A DNA stretch of 64,000 bases from Dipteris shenzhenensis. Lineage: Eukaryota. Positions 11,901 through 25,439 of this stretch are shown here, one piece after another (within the stretch, counting starts at the first letter, position 1; every line of letters begins with the position of its first letter). The stretch lies in the NCBI GenBank assembly GCA_047967505.1, contig CM106538.1; one strand, written 5' to 3'. Under the pieces are notes generated by a model. The model saw nothing but the letters and a program-made list of their open reading frames with translations. It ran no database searches and was not told the DNA's origin. The translations under genes and the position numbers were made by a program.

Positions 11901-14243
11901 GAACACATCCAGGATTCTCACCCTGAGAAACCAGATCAACTAGAGTTTCCGCAACAGCAGTGAAACCGGTCATGCTTATGTACTCCGCATAAAAGACTAC
12001 AACAATCAACTTGCAGCAGCAAGAGAGACTATGAACCCCGCAGAAATGGTTCAAGTCATTCTAAACAGACTAGGAGAGGGATACGAGAATGTAGTCCAGA
12101 GTATTGCCATCCAACGGCAAATTTCGACACAGGCATGTAAAGGTCATTCTAATGATCAAGCATTCACAGCTTCAGACACAAGCAGAGGCAAAGGCAAAGC
12201 CAGAGGCAGATCATATCAAAAAAGTGGTCATCATCAGTGACAAAATCAAAGTCAGCATCAGCATCAACATCATCCTCAACAACATCAGAATCAGCAAAAA
12301 GAGGAAATCATTCCAACCGAGGAAGATTTCAAGGATGATGGAATGCATCCACCAACATGTCAAACATTCAGTGCAGCTACTGTCACAAGTTTGGACACTA
12401 TGAAAGAGATTGCCGCAAGAAGTAGTACGACCAAGGCGGTCAATCTAGCAGTAATCGAGGAAATTCTCGAGGTAGAGGAAATCATCATGGTGAACATTCT
12501 AGTCACAATCATTTTGCAAATGAACATGGAAATATGGTTCTTGCAAGCGAGAACTTGCATCAGACTAATACAGTGTACCTAGACACTGATTTCAATCCCA
12601 AAGAGGATTACAGCTGTCAAGTCGACCAAGTGGAACAAGATCCTTGGTACATCGACAGCGGTGGATCATCTCACATGACAAATCATCAGGAATGGTTCAC
12701 AAAAATGAAGCCATTAGAAGGACAAAAAAATTTCATCTACATAGCAGACAATACATCAAATCCAGTTCAAGGGACAGGTGTTATCCTTATGAACAATTTC
12801 ACTAGTATAAAAGGATTAGTCAAAGATGTGCTCTATGTTCCGAAGCTCAGCAAGAACCTTTTGTTAGTAGGTCAAATGACGGAACACAATTACAAAGTCA
12901 TCTTCGACGGTGATGAATGCACTATCAGAGACAAATCCAAAAGATGTCAGCTAGTAGCAAAAGGTGTCAAGGAAGGATGCTTATACAGAATGCTAGCTAC
13001 AGTACCAGATAAGCATGCCACGTCATCTCAACCGCAACAGATGCCACTATCTACAAAATGGCACAAGAGATATGGTCATGTCAACTTCAAGTACTTGTTA
13101 GATCACAGGAATCAGAATATGGCAATTGGGATTCCGAAGCTACAGTTTCTTGGAAAGGTTTGCGAAGCATGCTACTTCGACAAACAAAAGCGAACCAACT
13201 TTGTCAAATGTACCTCTCGTGCATAAGGTATTCTTGATTTGATACATACAAATGTATGGTGTTATGCCCAGACCCGCCGCATCAATGGTTCACTTTATTA
13301 CTTGACTTTCATCGGTGACCAACAGATATTGTTGGGTCTACTTTCTGAAAGAGAAATCTGAAGTGTTTTCCACATTTCAAGAATTCAAAGCCATGGTAGG
13401 AAACCAGATAGGTAGAAAGATCAAGGTCATGAGATCAGATAGAGGAGGTGAATACATGTCTTCAGCATTCACGAACTTTTGCAAAAATCACGGCATTCGG
13501 AGACAATTCACATGTGCAGATACTCCTCAGCAGAATGCAAGAGTTGAAAGGAAGAATGGGACTTTAGCAAACAGTGCTAGAGCAATGCTCAGTGAAAAGC
13601 ATCTTCCGAATGAGTATTGGGTAGAAGAAATAGCTACAACAAACTATTTGCTTAATCGGCTTCCTACCGAACCGATACAAGGTATGACTCCTTATGAAGC
13701 ATTCACTGGAAAAAAGCCACACATTGGGCATCTCTGCATATTTGGTTGCATAGCATATGCCCACATACATGATGATAATCGTAGAAAGTTGGATGCGAAG
13801 TCATGCAAATGCATCATGGTTGGCTACAGTGAAGAAAGCAAAGCATACAAATTGTATGATCCCATCAACCACAAAGTCATTATCTCCAGAGATGTGATCT
13901 TGGATGAGGAATCAAAATGGAAAACCTCACCTACTCAGGAGATAGAAGCATCGACTTCACAGTCATCGACAAAATATGTTGATGAAGAAGAGCAAGAATT
14001 GCTAGCAACACCCCAAGTAGAGCCACAGCAGCTTAGATGGTGTACTAGGGAAATCAGACCTCTAACCAGATTGACATATGCTTAGAAAGGCAAAGCAATT
14101 CAGGTGGAAACCACCAACTATGCTCTTATGACTACCATCATGGCTACAGAAGAGGCAGTGTACTTCAAAGACGCAGTAGACAAGCCAGAATGGCAAACTG
14201 CTATGAATGAAGAAATGGATGCTTTGTATAAAAATAACACTTG

Positions 14244-17200
14244 GAAATTATGTGACCTTCCAGTAGGAAAGAAGGCCATAGCAAACAAATGGGTATACAA
14301 AGTGAAGTACAATCCAGATGGCAATATTCAGAGATATAAAGCGAGATTAGTTGCAAAACGATTTGCACAACAATATGGTCAAGACTATGATGAGACTTAT
14401 GCTCCGGTAGCAAAGATGGATTCCATACGGTTCTTGATATCGTGACACTCAGTAAATGGAATGTGTATCAGCTCGATGTCAAGAATGCATTTCTCAATGG
14501 TTACCTAGACAAGGAAGTCTACATGCAACAACCAGCAGGTTATGTTGAACCAGGAAAGGAGAATAAGGTTTGCCATCTCAAGAAAAGACTCTACGGCTTA
14601 AAGCAAGCACCCAGAAGTTGGTACAGTAGAATTGACAAGTATTTTGCTAATCTGGGATACATGAAGTCCAATGCAGATCATACTCTCTACTACAAAGTTC
14701 AAGGGGAAGATGTCATTACTATTGCACTTTTGTACGTAGATGATCTGATTGTGATAGGAAGCAAGGATAGCTTCATTAGAAAATTAAAACAAGACTTATC
14801 TACAGAGTTTGACATGAAGGATCTTGGACTTATGCACTATTGTCTTGGAATTGAGTTCTAGAGAGATTCTTTGAGAATTAATTCATGATGGTGGTGGCTC
14901 TCATTAGCCACGTTTGTCGTGGCTAATATTCCACCCGACTGGCAGTCAATTACCAGCCACTGAAGTGCCACCACATGGCGTCTTCTTCATGATTACTAGC
15001 CCCCCGTCTAGGGTGGCACCTAAGATTCCACCACAGTGGCCTGCAATTGATATGGATGGAACCCCAGCAAGCTCCAGCCACCACAGTGGCTCAAAATTTA
15101 TAATATATATAAGATCTGTGGCATTTGGCATTTTACTATGTTGCTCTGATCTGCCCATGCTCAGGCTACTTTGCTCCACACACTCTGCTACTTTGCTCCA
15201 CACACTCTGCTACTTTGCTCCACACCCCTCCTCTAGATCTTTTCTGCCCCTGCTCTACTTTGCTCCATGCTCCCTCCTCCAATTCTCATCACTCATCTGC
15301 TCCCCTACTCACCCACTCATCTTCAACATGCCTACTACGACCCCCCCTCGATGCTCTGTGATCCCAATGTTATATGCCTTCTCATATAAGGTGATTGTGT
15401 TGCACTCACCTGGAGTAGAAATGCTAGCACTAGTGGAGACCCTTCGTTCCCACAGTCAATTCCCCACACATCTACATGTCACCACCTTAGATGACATGCT
15501 CATAGAGGGCCTCTTTATGGATGTGATGTATGGGTTCCCCCTAGATGTCGACGAAGGCCTTAGTATTTTCAGAGCAGAGTACTCTAGACTTGTTGGGGGG
15601 GCCGTAATCTGAGTCCTGGCAATGTGCATGGTCTTTGGCCTCTCCATCGTATCCTCCTTTAGCTTCCTAAAACAAGCTAAACTGGTGGAAAATTGAGTCA
15701 TACAAATTCCCTCTTGCTTAGATGAGGCTCTCAGCAATGGCTGGATGTAATCTTTTGGGCTCTCAACGATCTTTTGGCTCATTGGATGTAATGTTGTGGT
15801 CTCTAAGGCATTCTTGTAATCTCTTTTTGTTTAATTTGAGGCTCTCAGTATGCACAGTTGTTAACTTTTATATTTTGAATGGTTATGGCTGCTACCTGTA
15901 ATCTTTTGGCCTTTAAGGCTCTCAGCAATTGCCGAGTTTTTATAAATGTAAGATCCTCTGTTCAATTTTTACTCAGTATAAGTTGATAATTTTTATATAA
16001 CCTGTTATTGGATGTAGATGTACATTGTAATCTCTTTTGCTTAATTTTCACTTGAGAAATTGTACTTTTGCCCTCATTTATATTTATTGCAACAAGGACT
16101 AAAATACCAGGAAAGATGGACTTCCTTGGTTTATGACCAAAATAGCGCTAAAATAACTCCTACGATCCCACCGTTGTGGTTGCATGGAGATACATCTAGA
16201 AAAATACAATTAAACTTTCAGAAATTGCAATTGAGGATATGGCCCTTGAGGGGTCCTCTCTAGGGGCAAGGGCCATATCGACGTGCATTATACAATATCC
16301 AAGATGCCACTGGACAAAAATGGCATATCGATATGGCCCTTGCCCCTAGAGGGGACCCCTCAAGGGCCATATCGTCAATTGGATTTTGCTTTGTTGCACA
16401 ACAGAATACATTTTCCTTGGTACACATACATATAACTCAAAGAACTAGCGCAGTGGCTTTCATAGATCTCCTTCTGTTTGCCAGCACGCTGGTCGTCATA
16501 GACTTCCTCCTGTAATACGTAAAAATAGGTACTTTAGCTATAACTCTAAGAACCAGCACGGTGGTCTTTCCAAGACAACCTTGAATTCTAAGCGATGATA
16601 GGTCGTTAGAGGCTAGAGAATATTGCGCTGAGGCAATGTCAGAATGATAGATTGCGTCTCATTATTACGCCAAAAACCAGCGCGGTGGTCTCTCCAGGCC
16701 AACCTATGATTTGCATGGTCTGCGAGCAAAGATGCGACAAAAAGTTGCACGATGACAGGTGGTCAGGCCAAAGACTGTGTGCTGCGGTGGTGTTTAGAAT
16801 GATAGATTGCATCTAATTATTACGCCAAGAACTAGCACGATGAACTCTCTAAGACAACCTTCAATTTTAATGATCTGTATGGGTGTGGTGCCTAGTGACA
16901 AGTGGCAAAGCTACAGCAAAAGGTTGTGCGATGAGACTACGCTGCGCGCAGTAGTGCAGAGATGCCATGTGTCGAGCTATGCGGTGTTCAGAACAAATAC
17001 ATTGTGTCTCAGTATTACGCTAGTGTGCCTTCATGACGTCGAAAAAATTTTCGAGGAGAGCATGGGTCCACACAAAATTCAAATATTCACCCAGGAGCGC
17101 ATTACGTCGCGGCCCCAAAATGGCCCCGAAAATACTTCCACAATTGACTACACCCAAGCAAACGTTAACCCTATTGCATTCACTTCTTGCACTCTTTACG

Positions 17201-17816
17201 AGTCTATTTATTCCAGCATCAATCCTACATTAAAGGAAAGAAATTAGCACATTGAGCTTGTGAGCTCAAAAGCAGCTTGTTACATCCACAAGAAGAAGTA
17301 ATTGTCAGATCCATGAGTAAAGTCTCTTGATACACATTGGGTAAGCCTTTGACATAGAGCCACAAACATTCTCCAGCATGGACCAATTCTATTTCTCATT
17401 CTTATTTAAGTGGTGATATTCCATTCATGATCCCAAATGAAATCCACGAATCGGAAGAACAAAACTGGCAAAAAATTGTATTGCTCGCTATACAAGCATT
17501 GACTTAGTTTGAATTGCCATAATCATGTTGCAATAGCTCCCTTGGCTAGCAATCACGAATTCCTCTTGATTTTGGCATGAATTGAATTCTTACAAAATAC
17601 ACAATGAGATCAGATTATGTGCCATGGGAGATATTCGATTTATGTTTCAAACATAGATTTACAATAACTACAAAATTTAAGCATTGAACTCATTCGAAAT
17701 AACAAATCCTCATGTTGAAACCCAATGCATTACTTCTTTTTTCCTACTCCATGAGGGCAATACCAATAATTTACTTCTTTTCAAAATTGCTAAAGGGAAG
17801 CTAGTTAAAAGATATT
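14244..17816 (+). repeat. Copy 2 of the ~3.6-kb segmental duplication
   Basis: Matches 191-3767, including the Copia truncation junction and the foldback element. Ends ~220 bp from the C4H stop codon. Confidence 0.95.
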
Positions 17817-18035
17817 TTCATGAGTTTAACATGTAGATATAATTGTAACCATCAAATGGGGCATGCCCTTTTCCATTGGTGGAACGCGCTATACATTTAG
17901 CATAGAAGAAATGACTCAAAGTTGGCAGTTGCCTCTAAATCGACATGCATCTTTCTTTTATGGTTATTTTTTCCTCTTCTCTAATAAGGTCGTCTGTTTC
18001 CTAGCGCCAAAAAAAGAAAAAATATAGGCAGTTGC

Positions 18036-19744
18036 CTATTCACTCAAAAGAGGCTTCATCACAATTCGGGAATGGTTCTTGATATGGAGACTGAATTGCC
18101 CACCCTTCTCTGCAACGTCCACCTTGTCTTGTCCAGGAGGTGGTAACAACTCAAATGTCTGCACCAGCCTGCCCAGCACGATAGAGAGAATGGGCATTGC
18201 CAGAATTATACCTGGGCAGCTCCTCCTCCCCACTCCAAACGGCACAAACTTGAAATCGTTGCCATTGGCCTCACAATTCTGATTCTCTTCCAAAAACCTC
18301 TCTGGCTTAAAGACCTCCGGATCCTTCCACAGCTTGGGATTATTAGCAAGCCACCAGGCGTTCACCAAAATCTTGCTCTCTGCAGGAATATCATACCCAC
18401 CAAGCTTCGCCTGCTTAATGTTCATGTGAGGAACCAGCAACGGAATGGCCATGTGGAAACGCATCGTTTCCTTGACCACAGCCTGTAGATAAGGCAACTT
18501 GGTGATCTCTGGTTCTGTCACCAGCACTCCACGACCAAGGACCGTGTCCAGCTCTTGCCTCAGCTTCTGTTGAATCTCAGGATTGTTTACTAGCTCGGCG
18601 ATGCCCCACTCGATCGACCAGAGCGTGGTCTCTATGGCTGCAGCACACCAAAAAAACAGGATAGCACATGGCATATCCATACAGAACGAATAATTCTTCA
18701 GACAGAAATCGATTAGCTTAGAAGGAAACAAGTACCAGCCACGTTAATGTTTTCGATGATGTATAGGACGTTATCTTCGTTGATCTCCCCCTTCGTCTCT
18801 GCATCCAGGATATAGTCGATAGCGACCGCTTGGTGGCTAGTCTTGTTACCCTTCTGGCTGACAAGTTTCCTGTGAAATACCCAAACCCCGTAAGCTCCTT
18901 AATTGCTGTAGAAATTGGCACGTGGTGCAGCAACAAGCTGAAATTCTCACTTGTGCTCCTCCACAAAAGCGTCCTTGAAGAGTTGCAGTCGTTTGTCCTT
19001 GACTTCTTGACAGCGTTTGAGGTAATTCTTCAGAAACGGCCTCAGTACAGGAATGAAGTCACCATAATTGTATTCGAAGCTTTGTGCCAGATAACTCCGC
19101 GCGCTGTTGAGAGCCCTCAGTTTCAGGAAGAGCGGGTCGTCCACGCTCTCGAATCTCCTGTTAAAGAGGATCCGGTACATGTTGTTGTACATGAGCAATT
19201 GCAGCCTGTGGCGAAGGACGATTCCAGTCGAAGCCGCATCCTGGTTAGCTTTCACGTCCTCGATGACACTGTCGACCTCTGCTTCCCAGCCTCGCCTGTA
19301 TTGTTGCACCACCTTATTGGTGAAGAAGGGGACAGTCATGATTCTCCTCATCCGCCTCCAATGATCACCGTAGACAGTGAAGACCATGTCTTGCCCGTTG
19401 CCGGTGAAGAGATCAAAGACCACGTTTCGGGTGCGAGACGCGAACTCGACACCCTGAGTGTGGAGGACTTCCTTGGCCATCTCAGGAGAGGAGACAACAA
19501 CGAGGTTGCGCTGGCCCATGCGGAGGAGGAAGACGTCACCATATTTCTGCGAGAGCTCAGCGAGGTTGCGGTGGTTGAGGTCGTCACCGATCTGGAGCCA
19601 ATTGCCAAAGATGGGGAGGGAGAGGGGGCCGGGGGGGAGCTTAAGCTTAAGGGAAAAGAGTTTGGAAGCGAGGAGGGAAAGGAGGAGGATGGCAACGAGG
19701 GAGAAGAGGGAAGTTTCCAGGGAGAAGGGGGGGAGGAAATCCAT
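18036..19744 (-). CDS. C4H: Trans-cinnamate 4-hydroxylase (cytochrome P450 CYP73A), 3 exons: 19744-18951, 18869-18736, 18637-18036; 509 aa
   Basis: [46 protein letters not shown]-helix [22 protein letters not shown], heme motif [10 protein letters not shown]. Introns are GT-AG (81 and 98 nt), the middle exon is 134 nt, and the spliced CDS is 1530 nt with no internal stops. Confidence 0.97.
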
Positions 19745-19798
19745 GGGAGAAGCTGTGATGTGCGCGAGAATGGAAGAGAGCAACAAAGCTGAAGCAGG

Positions 19799-19804
19799 TT
19801 TATA
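19799..19804 (-). promoter_or_regulatory. Candidate TATA box of C4H
   Basis: CTCTATAAACC on the minus strand, ~55 nt upstream of the ATG. Confidence 0.6.
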
Positions 19805-20303
19805 GAGGAAGAAGGTGAATGTCTTCGAAGCTATAACAACTTCGAGAGACGTAACATTGGAGACTTATTAGAATCCATGGTTACGTAACCATTCTTGACC
19901 CTTTCGTCCCTCTCCCCGTAATCTCCCCCCATGCTTTCGATGATTTCATCCCGATGATCTCATTCCCATGATCTCACCTCGAACCCTCGAATTTGCGCCG
20001 CGCCTTGCCTCGCCTCGCTTTCAATCATCTCACCTCGAATTCTCGAGCTCGCCCCCCCCCTCGACAACCACCCGCCACCCGAATGCGAGCTTCGTGCAAC
20101 CAGTGCACCTAGTGGCTACCAAAAAGCCCCACTCTGCATGCTTCAAGCTAAAATGAGAGATTCATTCATGGTCATGGGGCTGGTGAGGTAACTCCAATCA
20201 TACATGACGTCACAGGGCCACAAATCATGCTACTGCCAACCAGACGTCCCATTTTCGGTGCCCGATGATTATTAGCTCGGGTCCCCTGCTTTGCCATTGC
20301 ACC

Positions 20304-20381
20304 AAGGGGACCAGCTCTAAGCCATAATAAGTCCTTTGCATAATAAGGGGACCAGCTCTAAGCCATAATAAGTCCTTTGCA
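20304..20381. repeat. Two-copy tandem repeat (37-bp identity, 41-bp period) upstream of C4H
   Basis: AAGGGGACCAGCTCTAAGCCATAATAAGTCCTTTGCA at 20304 and 20345. Confidence 0.95.
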
Positions 20382-22337
20382 CATCAGTTCTCCAATGGAA
20401 CATAACAAGTATAGGGTGGCGGACTTGTGTTAACAAAAAACATTTTCCCCAACAAACCACAAAACCTGGGTTTTAAAATTTTTGAAGGTTTTTCTTGAGA
20501 ATTCACACATTTTTTAGCTAAAGTGAAACTAAGTTACCTAAATTTTCACAAATTTTATGACATTGAGAAAATGAAATTGTTGGAGGTTCATTATATATAT
20601 TTTATAGGTTTTCTGTGAACACTGTGGTGGCGGATGGGGGGCGGATGCGGTTTAGAAAAATCATGGGCTATGCTTATAATGGTCTTAGGCCATGCTTAGA
20701 ATGCTAGTAGATGCAACCATTCTTGACCCATTCCATTTTACATATGTTGGGAAAACATCCTCACAATATGCCCCAAAAAGTCCTTTGCCCATTGGAAGAG
20801 GTTCTCTTATGCAATTAACTTCACTTCTTGTGAGTCACTACATCATCAAATGAAGTGCCTTCAAAGCATTCATTGAAAAACCCTTGCCGTCAAAGCATTA
20901 ATTGAAAAACCCGTCCTTATATATGGTTTTTGGACCTATTAAGGAATTATGAAAAGTGATTGAGTTTTTATCTAATCTCAGTTGATGCTCCCTTTTCCTT
21001 TTCTTTTAGTTAAGCTAACCCATTTAAAAAATAAGTTAACGACTAAAATGGAAAATTAATACTATAGTAGGGAATTTGAGAACTTTTAAATAGTTTGGAA
21101 AATTCCAATATGGTTAAGTTTGGCCACATGATCAAATCTTAACCCCTTACTTGAAAACCGGGGGGGGGGGGGGGGGGGGGCATTATGTAAAAACCTGATA
21201 TAGCACATGACATCAAGAGGTACTAGAAAAAACCCATGTGTACGGATTTTTATAACCTATATACTATACCCCTTCTGTAAATTTTGAGATGATTAAAGTA
21301 TCCCTTATGTATAAAAATTTTCACTTTTTGAGTTAAAAAACCCTTATGCACATATATTTTCTATAGTAGGGAATCCTCCATGTCCCACTTCAAATAAGGG
21401 GTAAGATTTAGCCCACTTCAAATAAGGGGTAAGATTTAGCCAAATGTCAAATACTAACTCCTTATTTGAAAGTGGGACCTCTAACGTAGGTCCATTACCT
21501 ATCCCCAAAAGTATTATCATGGGTTAGTGACCAAGTCTCTTTATCTTAACTCTTGAGGCAACTAAGGTGGTGAGTACCTAAATCGGTTGAAAGATGGTGA
21601 CTCGTCATTCTTGTCATGAAAACTTAACTCTATTAGGAGACCTTTTGTGTTTGCACAAGAATTTCCTTCTCCTCATGCAAAATTTCTTCCACTATAAGAA
21701 TATCAAGGCACAAATGCTCCTTCATGGCAAGTACCTTGGTGGAGCTTGGTGACTCTACTAGGAGGTCCACCTTTGAAATTGTGGGAATTAATCTATGTAC
21801 GAGGCCAAAAAAGCAAAAAATTGAGGATTTACAAGGGAAAATAATACCAAAGTAATGGTTTTATTATAATCTCTCAAACACATGTTTTCATATAGGGCCC
21901 TCTTGTAGAGCACCCTTTTGACAAGAAGCTTTGCTAGGACTCCTAAGGGCAACTTAAAAAAATTCAGCCATCTTGCATGTATCTACAAATGAACCAATGC
22001 ATCCCTTGGCCAACAATAACATTTCCCTCATGAGTTGGCATGAACTAAATCCTTACCCAATACATCATTCTAATTGACAAAGAGATCACACGATGTGCCA
22101 TGAGGAGATATTTTGGCCATGTGTGGAGAAATATGGGCATACAAAGAATAGCCACATAACTTAATGGTGGGCTCCTGAGCTCGATGTATAGGAAAATATT
22201 GAGTTTAAGTCTTCATGGATCTTTATAGCATTTATTTTGGCACATTTTTTTGTGGGACAAATTGTGTAAGAATGAGCTAGCAAGGGTTGTGCCAAGGATT
22301 TAATTTCACTCGCTTACTCAGATACACCCTCTCCCCC

Positions 22338-22338
22338 T

Positions 22339-22387
<49 letters not shown>
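22338..22387. repeat. (CT)n microsatellite
   Basis: Directly visible. Confidence 0.97.
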
Positions 22388-22389
<2 letters not shown>

Positions 22390-22635
22390 AGGGGTGCACT
22401 ACTAAGAAATCTTAGGTATCACGTGCTCTCAAGGGGTATTAAAAAAACCCCTCAACTAAATTTTTTTCCTCAATAAAAGCACCCCTTATGAACAAATGGA
22501 TTTTTTTCTGAAGTTGAATTTAAAAATCCCTCTTATTATTGTAATCTTGTTAAAATGTTTCCAAAAGTGGGATTAAAATACCCCTCCTTTTGAATGCATG
22601 TGGTACACTCAAATTTATGGAGGTGAACCCCTAGA

Positions 22636-22638
<3 letters not shown>

Positions 22639-22706
<68 letters not shown>

Positions 22707-22877
22707 TGCATGTGCACTTGCACACACACAAACGCATGCACACATGCACATGGGTGTGTGTGCACATGCACACACACATGTGTACATGAACACACCCACA
22801 CACACATGCACATGCACACAGACACACACACACACATAGACATGCAAGCATGTGTGTGCACGTGCGAACACACATGC
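22639..22877. repeat. (CT)n-(CA)n microsatellite with degenerate CATG/CACA tail
   Basis: Directly visible; explains the spurious HT/CV-rich ORFs. Confidence 0.95.
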
Positions 22878-25377
22878 AGCCATTATCAAGTGGACTATCT
22901 GGAGGGGTTCATTTAAACTTGTTTTGCAGTTATAACAATGCACTTTTAGTAAGCTATCCCCCACCTTTCACAACTCCCTTCTACAAAAGGCTCCATTTGG
23001 TCACCCTCTTAACCTTTTCTAGCAACAAAATATGTATCCTCTATGTCTTTTTGCTTTGTTTCGGTGATGCCTTTAGCTCTAGTACTCTTGGTGTCAAAAT
23101 ACTACCTTTGAGTTCATCCTTAGCATGTCCACATATTTTCTCTCTTCAAGGAGTATTTCTTTAGGAATTCTACCTTGTACACCATGTGAAATGCAACAAA
23201 TTCAAAGAGTGAATCCTAGAGGGTTGGTAATTTAATAGAATTATTTTTAACATAATAGGATTTTAAAAATTGATTTAAAACAATGTAAACAATTTAAATC
23301 GATAAAATTCCCTACTATTATAGCCAACATTACTTTTGGTATCTCATTTAACTACATGGTATAGGCTTTATATATATAGCACTAGCTAGTAAGAAGTACC
23401 ATGTTTAAAACAAGTGGTTTTAATCCCTAACCAATCCTTACACAAATGTGATGTCATACACAAAGGACAAAATATGGTAAAACATGGTTTCATTGCACAC
23501 TAAAATCTATTGAATCTAGTGATCATGTTATATCATAAGAGAGCAAAAGGTTCCTAAAAAGAAGACCCACCAGTACCCACACATGATCAAAAGAGGAGAA
23601 AAAGATGGTAACAATGGTTATAACAATCAACCTTCTAGACCCACACACTTTCCCATCCCTTAAATTGATGTATCAAAATTTCCTACCCTTCTAATATAAA
23701 ATAAATTTGACTTTGAGTAAAATTGTCTTTCGCTACTTCTTATGACCTTCACAATGAGTTCCACCCTCCCTTTTTGAATGAATTGGTATTTCCATCAGTT
23801 TTCCCATTCACCAAAGTTGTATAAGGACTTCATTGTTTTCATTCACCACTATAAGGACTTCATTGTTGTCATTCACCACTACTATATTGTGCACCTTACC
23901 AACAACTATAGCACCATGACCTTTGGGGCAATGTTTACATGAGAGCAAGGGTAAACATGAGCACTACAGGCCAACATTAGAGAGCCCATGCAAAAGTGGG
24001 ACGTTATTTTCTAGGAAGACCAAGGGTTCACCTAAACATATGTCATCCTAGTACAATACTTTAAAAGGAGTAAGTTTTTAATCTATTCAATTTCACTCTT
24101 CTTAGAGTGTTGAGAGAAATAGTGTTCACTCCCTTTCTTGAACCATTTCTTACCCTCAGACTACCAACAATGCTCCTTCTCTATCATTGTACCATGGTGG
24201 AAGCAACGACTTCACAAAGGGCACTCATGCGTAAACAATAGTAGAGACACCATTTGCAAAATTTTGGAACAAATATCCTTAAGCTTCACTAGAAAGTTAT
24301 GATAGTGGGTTGGTGGGAGTACTGTTGACCCTATCTCATGACATGAAAAGTAAATTTAATCCTACAAATAGAAATATCCTCATAGTAGAATCACCATCCT
24401 CCCACAAAGGTCCTTGTAATAGAGTAACATTACTCCCACCAAGGTGAGTTACAACCAAGGTATGCATCACTTCATTTGCTTCTACATAAGGGAGTGTTTG
24501 TGCCTTGAAATAATCCGTATGAGAAAAAAGTTTGCACACGGATGAGGACATTTTTGTGCAAGTAAAAAGCATCTCACAATAGTCATGGTTTCATGACAAG
24601 CATGAAAAGTCACCAAATTCCAACTAAAATTACTCACCATCTGGGAAGATATTTTGGGAATGCATGTGGTAATACAAATTAGTGATCCCCCCTTTTGCAC
24701 ATACATCATTGGTGGGCACTTTGGTGTGTGTAGGAAAATCTTTAGTTTAAGTCTACATGAAACGAGCATGAAACTTCATAGGAAATGAATTTTGGGACTC
24801 CTATTTTAGGGGTTGAAAGACTTGAGAATGACTAGCAAGAATGATCTTAGGTTGACATTTTTTGAGGGATGAAGGGTATGACAATGATCTAGGAGTTGGC
24901 CTAGGCACTAAATTTTTGGGGGATGACGGCAGGTATGAGGACTTAGAAAGAGTGGGAGTACGTATTTATTTTCTAAGGGACAAACGATATTAGAATATCA
25001 AGCAAGAGTGGGCCTAGGTAGTCATTTTGGATCCTTTCTTATGTTAGGTAAAGTTTGATTATCATGAGACAATCCATGGTGAAGGTCCACTTCCTCAACC
25101 AAAAAATGTAAGTGGAAGAAATTAATTGGACTCACCAAGCATATTGTAATTCTCTGATTGACACATCTACTAATTATCCAATGAGGATGTGTTTATGCAC
25201 TGAAATACCATCGACTCAAATAAAAGTTCTAAATCTTCTCATTTAGTCCTTTAAAAATTTCCTTATGAAGTTGTGCATATGTACACATGACAAAAACAAA
25301 AGTCCGAGCTTTAAAAGGAAAGACCCCATAAGGTACAATGCTCAAAGAGAAATTTTGAGAAATCTTGTGTATGCCAA

Positions 25378-25413
<36 letters not shown>

Positions 25414-25439
25414 TGCACGCAGGTACACACGCACGCATG

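Larger units (their letters stand above)
8658..14861 (+). mobile_element. Ty1/Copia LTR retrotransposon, decayed and 3'-truncated (5' LTR, PBS, long leader, gag-PR-IN-RT; no RNaseH or 3' LTR)
   Basis: LTR TGTTGAGAG..TTTTCA at 8658-8914; PBS TGGTATTAGAGC at 8915-8926; gag ..HYGTWKY*METIL..WEYVNG at ~11545; protease WYIDSGGSSHM; WHKRYGH..CEAC; integrase RSDRGGEY/TPQQNARVERKN; RT YVDDL. Many stops and frameshifts. Confidence 0.93.
21064..23318. mobile_element. Putative decayed TIR DNA transposon (possibly hAT-like)
   Basis: Perfect 14-bp inverted termini ATAGTAGGGAATTT / AAATTCCCTACTAT, extending imperfectly to ~30 bp. Internal inverted repeats. No clear TSD. Confidence 0.45.

Noticed and set aside
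14914-15612. 232-aa ORF (and its 167/168-aa relatives at 1114-1736)
   Set aside because: ORF boundaries differ between the two duplicate copies, composition is low-complexity, and no motif is recognisable.
191-17816. Interpreting the 3.6-kb direct repeats as the LTRs of one giant element
   Set aside because: The repeats start inside an RT domain and lack TG..CA ends, an adjacent PBS/PPT and a TSD.
18830-19792. 320-aa plus-strand ORF
   Set aside because: Antisense shadow of the GC-rich C4H exon 1; no recognisable domain.
22598-22964. Several HT/CV/ER-rich ORFs
   Set aside because: Microsatellite translations; the same applies at 4602, 25342 and 44737.
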